A stretch of 31,871 nucleotides of DNA, taken from positions 1 to 31,871 of the forward strand of contig DASUEW010000642.1 in NCBI GenBank assembly GCA_036274875.1. The letters are read 5' to 3'. The number at the start of each line of letters is the position of its first letter. Positions within the stretch are counted from its first letter, which is position 1. The notes beneath the pieces were generated by a model. The model was not told where the DNA came from. It was given only the letters and a program-made list of their open reading frames with translations, and searched no databases. This DNA is from Ilumatobacteraceae bacterium. Lineage in GTDB: Bacteria > Actinomycetota > Acidimicrobiia > Acidimicrobiales > Ilumatobacteraceae. Below are positions 28,370 to 31,871 of the stretch, piece by piece. The position numbers and the translations under genes were made by a program.

Positions 28370-29088
28370 CTCCCCGCACCAAGGAGGCCCGCAACAAGGC
28401 CGCCAGCAACAAGACGCCCCTGGTCATCGCCATCGTGCTGGTCGTCGTGGCCATCATCGGCATCGCTGCTGTGATCGCCACGCGGGGGGGCGACGACGAA
28501 CCCACCCTCGCGGAGGGCGAGACCGCGCCGACGAACCCGGTGCCCGACGAATTGGCCGGCGAGGTCCGTCCGATGACAGTCGAGGGTTCGGCCCTCCCTC
28601 CGCTGCCGAGCTCGGGAGACGACACGGCGGTCGGCCTCACCGCTCCGGCGCTCGTCGGCGAGAGCTTCGACGGGTCGGCGGTCACGACGGCGTCGGAGGG
28701 CGGGCCCGTGATGGTCGTGTTCCTCGCCCACTGGTGCCCGCACTGCAACAACGAGATCCCGAGGCTGATCGAGCTCGAGGAGACGGGGCGGTTCCCCGAC
28801 GACTTGAAGATCATCGCCGTGAGCACGGCCGCCCGAGCCGACGCTCCGAACTTCCCGCCGTCGGAGTGGATCGTCGACATGGGCTGGCCGTGGCCGGTGA
28901 TGGTCGACGACGTGGACACCGAGACAGGGATCCCGGTCGGCGCTGAGGCGTTCGGGGTGAACTCCTTCCCGTTCATCACTGTCGTCGGCGCCGACGCCAC
29001 GGTGTTGGCGAGGTGGTCGGGAGAATCGGAGCCCGACGACTTCATCGCCAAGCTGGACGCCGCGCTGGTCTCGTTGCCGGCCGAGTGA
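28366..29088 (+). CDS. Membrane-anchored TlpA/ResA-fold thioredoxin with CPHC active site, 240 aa
   Basis: N-terminal TM; VFLAHWCPHCNNEIP; cis-Pro loop GVNSFPF; GTGA overlap with dsbB. Confidence 0.9.
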   Translation: MTPRTKEARNKAASNKTPLVIAIVLVVVAIIGIAAVIATRGGDDEPTLAEGETAPTNPVPDELAGEVRPMTVEGSALPPLPSSGDDTAVGLTAPALVGESFDGSAVTTASEGGPVMVVFLAHWCPHCNNEIPRLIELEETGRFPDDLKIIAVSTAARADAPNFPPSEWIVDMGWPWPVMVDDVDTETGIPVGAEAFGVNSFPFITVVGADATVLARWSGESEPDDFIAKLDAALVSLPAE

Positions 29089-29111
29089 TCAGCGGGCGAG
29101 GGGTTCGTGGG

Positions 29112-30350
29112 TCAGGGTCGATAGCCGATCCTGGCGGCCAGTGCTGGGGTGACCCCAAACGTCGCCGCCAGGCGCTCCGCCGCGGTCGATGCATCGGGGT
29201 CGGGCCGGTCGGTCCGGACGGCGCGGATCATCAGGTTCTTGGCGGTGTGCTCGGTCGAGACGAACTCGATGACGTCCGTCCGATACCCGTGGGCGCGTAG
29301 CAGCTCGGCGCGCAGCGAATCGGTGAGGAGGTCGCCGAGGCGTTCGCGCACGATCCCGTGGCGCAGCAGCGGCGCGAGCTCAGGCGGCGCCGCGGCATTG
29401 TCGATCTGGGCCTGCAGGTCGTGCTGGCAGCACGGCGCCGCCAGCACGTAGTGCGACCGCCAGCCGACCGCGCGGGCGAGCGCGTCGTCGGTCGCCGTGT
29501 CGCAGGCGTGGAGGGCGAGGACCAGGTCGGGTGGTTGGTCCGGTTGATGGTCGGCGATCGTGCCGACCTCGAACCGCAGACCATCCCATCCGAGTCCGGC
29601 GACCGTGGTGTTGAGACGGTCGATCAGATCCGTCTTCGTGTCGATTCCGGTCATCGTCACGGCGTGGCCGCGCACCTCGGTCAGGTAGTGGTACGTGGCC
29701 AAGGTCAGCACGCCAGCACCACAGCCGAGATCGACGGCGCGGATCGTCGTGCTGTCGGACGCGTCGTCATTCGCATCGTCGAGCGTGTGCGACAGGATCT
29801 CGACGAAGCGCTCGACCTGGCGGTGCTTGGCTCGCGCGGTCGGCTTGATGCGGCCCTGCTGGTCGGTGATCCCGACCGCGTGCAGGAACGGCGCGCCCGA
29901 ATCGAGCAAGCGTGCCTTGGGACGATCGTGGGTGGTGACGATCGTGCTGGCGCTCGGGCGATGGCGAGCGATCCGGGCTGCCCCCGCGCGTGAGTGGGTC
30001 AGCTGCAGGTCGGCGGCGAGCGTGCGCACGAACGTGGACGCGTACCCCGCGTCGAACAGTTCCTTCAACCGCGGCGCCAGCTCGTCGGGCTCAAGGTTCG
30101 TGACGACGGTCGTTCGTCCGTCGAACACCGAGAGCTGCAAGCGGCGTCCGGCCTTGAGGTCGACCGGGCGCAGCGTCACTCGCTCCGCCGACGGTGTGAT
30201 CCCTGGCAATGCACCCGACCATGTGGCCGAGACGAAGCGATCGGCGTCGGTGATGGCGTCGATCAGCACCGTGATCGGATCGGCTGCGCTCGGATCGGCT
30301 GGGATCGGATCGGCTGCGCTCGGATCGGCTCGCGGGGACTCGCCTTCCAC
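29112..30350 (-). CDS. Class I SAM-dependent methyltransferase (Methyltransf_32-like), 412 aa
   Basis: VDLGCGAG, ALHACDTATD, APCCQH, HTAKNLMIRA; TACAGT -10 at 30357-30362, 6 nt before GTG 30350. Confidence 0.88.
   Translation of the reverse strand: MEGESPRADPSAADPIPADPSAADPITVLIDAITDADRFVSATWSGALPGITPSAERVTLRPVDLKAGRRLQLSVFDGRTTVVTNLEPDELAPRLKELFDAGYASTFVRTLAADLQLTHSRAGAARIARHRPSASTIVTTHDRPKARLLDSGAPFLHAVGITDQQGRIKPTARAKHRQVERFVEILSHTLDDANDDASDSTTIRAVDLGCGAGVLTLATYHYLTEVRGHAVTMTGIDTKTDLIDRLNTTVAGLGWDGLRFEVGTIADHQPDQPPDLVLALHACDTATDDALARAVGWRSHYVLAAPCCQHDLQAQIDNAAAPPELAPLLRHGIVRERLGDLLTDSLRAELLRAHGYRTDVIEFVSTEHTAKNLMIRAVRTDRPDPDASTAAERLAATFGVTPALAARIGYRP
30273..30330 (-). repeat. 30-bp-period tandem duplication encoding ADPSAADPI x2
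   Basis: gatcggatcggctgcgctcggatcggct identical at 30273-30300 and 30303-30330. Confidence 0.9.
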
Positions 30351-30379
30351 GTTCCAACTGTACGGTCGGCGCGTCGCGC

Positions 30380-31870
30380 TCAGCGCCAGGCCGGCGGGCA
30401 CTCCATGTGGTCGGTGACCGCGCAGTCATCACCGAACACGACGAAGCGGTCGAAGCCGCGGAGGAACCAGCGATCGTGGGTGACAGCGATGACCGTGCCG
30501 TCGAAGCGCTCGAGCCCGGCTTCGAGTGCCTCCGCCGAGACGAGATCGAGGTTGTCCGTCGGTTCGTCCAACAGCAGCAACGTCGCCCCGGAGAGCTCGA
30601 GCAGCAGGATCTGGAAGCGCGCCTGCTGCCCGCCCGAGAGGGTCTGGAACGGCTGGTGGGCGCACGCCTGCATCTCGTAGCGACGCAGCATGCCCATGGC
30701 CGGGCCGAGCACCACGTCGTGGTCGTGGAGGATCTCGATGAGCGTGCGACCGATCCACTCCGGATGTTCGTGGGTCTGGTGGAACAGGCCGGCCACGACG
30801 CCGGCGCCGAGCCGCCACCTTCCGTCGTGTTCCGTCGGGTAGCCGGCCAGCAGGCGGAGGAAGTGGCTCTTGCCGACGCCGTTTCCTCCGAGCACCGCGA
30901 CCCGCTCGCCGTACCACAGTTCGAGGTCGAACGAGTCGGTGAGCCCGAGGAGCTCGAGGCCTTCGATGATGACCGCGCGCTTGCCCGTTCGGGCGCCGCG
31001 CAGGCGCACGTCGATCTTCTGTGTCCGCGCTTGGGTCGGTCGCTCGCTCTTCTCGAGGAACAGACGCAGCCGGCTCTCGGCGGCCTTCAGCTTCGGCGCG
31101 AACGCGTCGCTGATCTTGGCCCGGCGGCTCATCTCGGCCACCAGCTCCTCGAGCCGCTTGCGTTCGTCGTCGTAGATGGTGCGATCGTGTTCGAGGCGTT
31201 CATGGAGCGCCGCACGTGCCTCCGCGTAGGTCGCGAAGCCGGCGCCGTGGGTCCACGCGCCCTCGGCCTCGACGGTCACGATCTTGCTCGACGTCGCGGC
31301 GAGGAGCTCGCGGTCGTGGCTCACGAAGAGCACCGTCTTACGGCTCGATCGCAGTTCACGCTCGAGCCAGCGCTTGGCGTTGACGTCGAGGAAGTTGTCG
31401 GGCTCGTCGAGCACGAGCACGTCGTCCTCGCCACGGAGGAGCGCCTCCAATGCGAGCCGCTTCTGCTCACCACCGCTCAGCGTCGTGAGCGGTCGATCGG
31501 CGACATCGCGGAAGTCGGCACCGAGCGCCCGTCCGGCACACTCGTCCCACAGCACCTCGGCGTCGTAGCCACCGGCGTCGCCCCACTCGGCGAGCGCACT
31601 GGCGTAGCGCATCGGATCGGTCGCGGCGTGGACGTGAGCGTTGTCGAGGCGCAGTGCGGCGCGGCGGATGCGTTCGGGGGAGACGGAGACGAGGAGATCG
31701 CGCACGGTCCGTACCGTGCCCTCGGCGCCGCGGGTCCCGACCAGCTGGTTCATGACGCCGAGCCGCCCGTCGACCGTCACCGTGCCGGACGTCGCGGTCG
31801 TGTCGCCGCACACGATGCGAAGGAGCGTCGTCTTGCCGACCCCGTTGGCACCAACGAGTGCCACACGCTC
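30380..31870 (-). CDS. ABC-F family ATPase, 5'-partial
   Basis: Two NBDs with no TM: GANGVGKTT/LSGGEQKR/LDEP and GGNGVGKS/LSGGQQAR/LDEP, joined by a helical linker; frame open to the window edge. Confidence 0.92.
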   Translation of the reverse strand, partial: ERVALVGANGVGKTTLLRIVCGDTTATSGTVTVDGRLGVMNQLVGTRGAEGTVRTVRDLLVSVSPERIRRAALRLDNAHVHAATDPMRYASALAEWGDAGGYDAEVLWDECAGRALGADFRDVADRPLTTLSGGEQKRLALEALLRGEDDVLVLDEPDNFLDVNAKRWLERELRSSRKTVLFVSHDRELLAATSSKIVTVEAEGAWTHGAGFATYAEARAALHERLEHDRTIYDDERKRLEELVAEMSRRAKISDAFAPKLKAAESRLRLFLEKSERPTQARTQKIDVRLRGARTGKRAVIIEGLELLGLTDSFDLELWYGERVAVLGGNGVGKSHFLRLLAGYPTEHDGRWRLGAGVVAGLFHQTHEHPEWIGRTLIEILHDHDVVLGPAMGMLRRYEMQACAHQPFQTLSGGQQARFQILLLELSGATLLLLDEPTDNLDLVSAEALEAGLERFDGTVIAVTHDRWFLRGFDRFVVFGDDCAVTDHMECPPAWR

Positions 31871-31871
31871 G

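Noticed and set aside
25422-29088. Cytochrome c maturation (CcmAB plus thioredoxin) locus
   Set aside because: The permease (521 aa) is far larger than CcmB, and there is no CcmC/E/F or ResB/CcsA WWD motif.
30380-31870. ABC-F as an antibiotic-resistance (ARE) factor
   Set aside because: Subfamily cannot be judged by eye, the 5' end and leader are outside the window, and most ABC-Fs are housekeeping translation factors.

Overview
High-GC actinobacterial DNA; gene content suggests Acidimicrobiia, but that is inference. About 27 real CDS sit among many GC-rich shadow ORFs. Left to right: the 3' part of a clan GH-A glycoside hydrolase; a 5'-damaged hypA-like ORF; a five-gene-plus-protease group 3b (NAD(P)-coupled, sulfhydrogenase-type) [NiFe]-hydrogenase operon on the minus strand (beta, stand-alone cNMP-fold protein, gamma, delta, alpha, protease), headed by an exported metallophosphoesterase; a divergent rifampin-phosphotransferase/PigC-architecture dikinase coupled to an unknown membrane protein, with a DosR/DevR-type box in the shared intergenic region; a hypothetical membrane protein; a 10-TM GGDEF-EAL protein convergent with a GNAT-like ORF; GlsB/YeaQ; TauE; a zinc-ribbon membrane protein; gluQ; an L,D-transpeptidase lipoprotein; a 51-nt AT-rich palindrome; a GH2 beta-galactosidase; ASCH-wHTH; an MBL-fold plus Rieske protein; a DUF2510-type repeat protein; an ABC exporter pair; a DsbB/BdbC plus CPHC-thioredoxin pair; a SAM methyltransferase; and a partial ABC-F. 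No rRNA, tRNA, CRISPR or transposase was seen. The best candidate for an undescribed system is the putative hypoxia-controlled dikinase / membrane partner / phosphoesterase module attached to the hydrogenase. The GNAT-like plus GGDEF-EAL pair is second. All family calls come from motif recognition by eye; no database searches were run.
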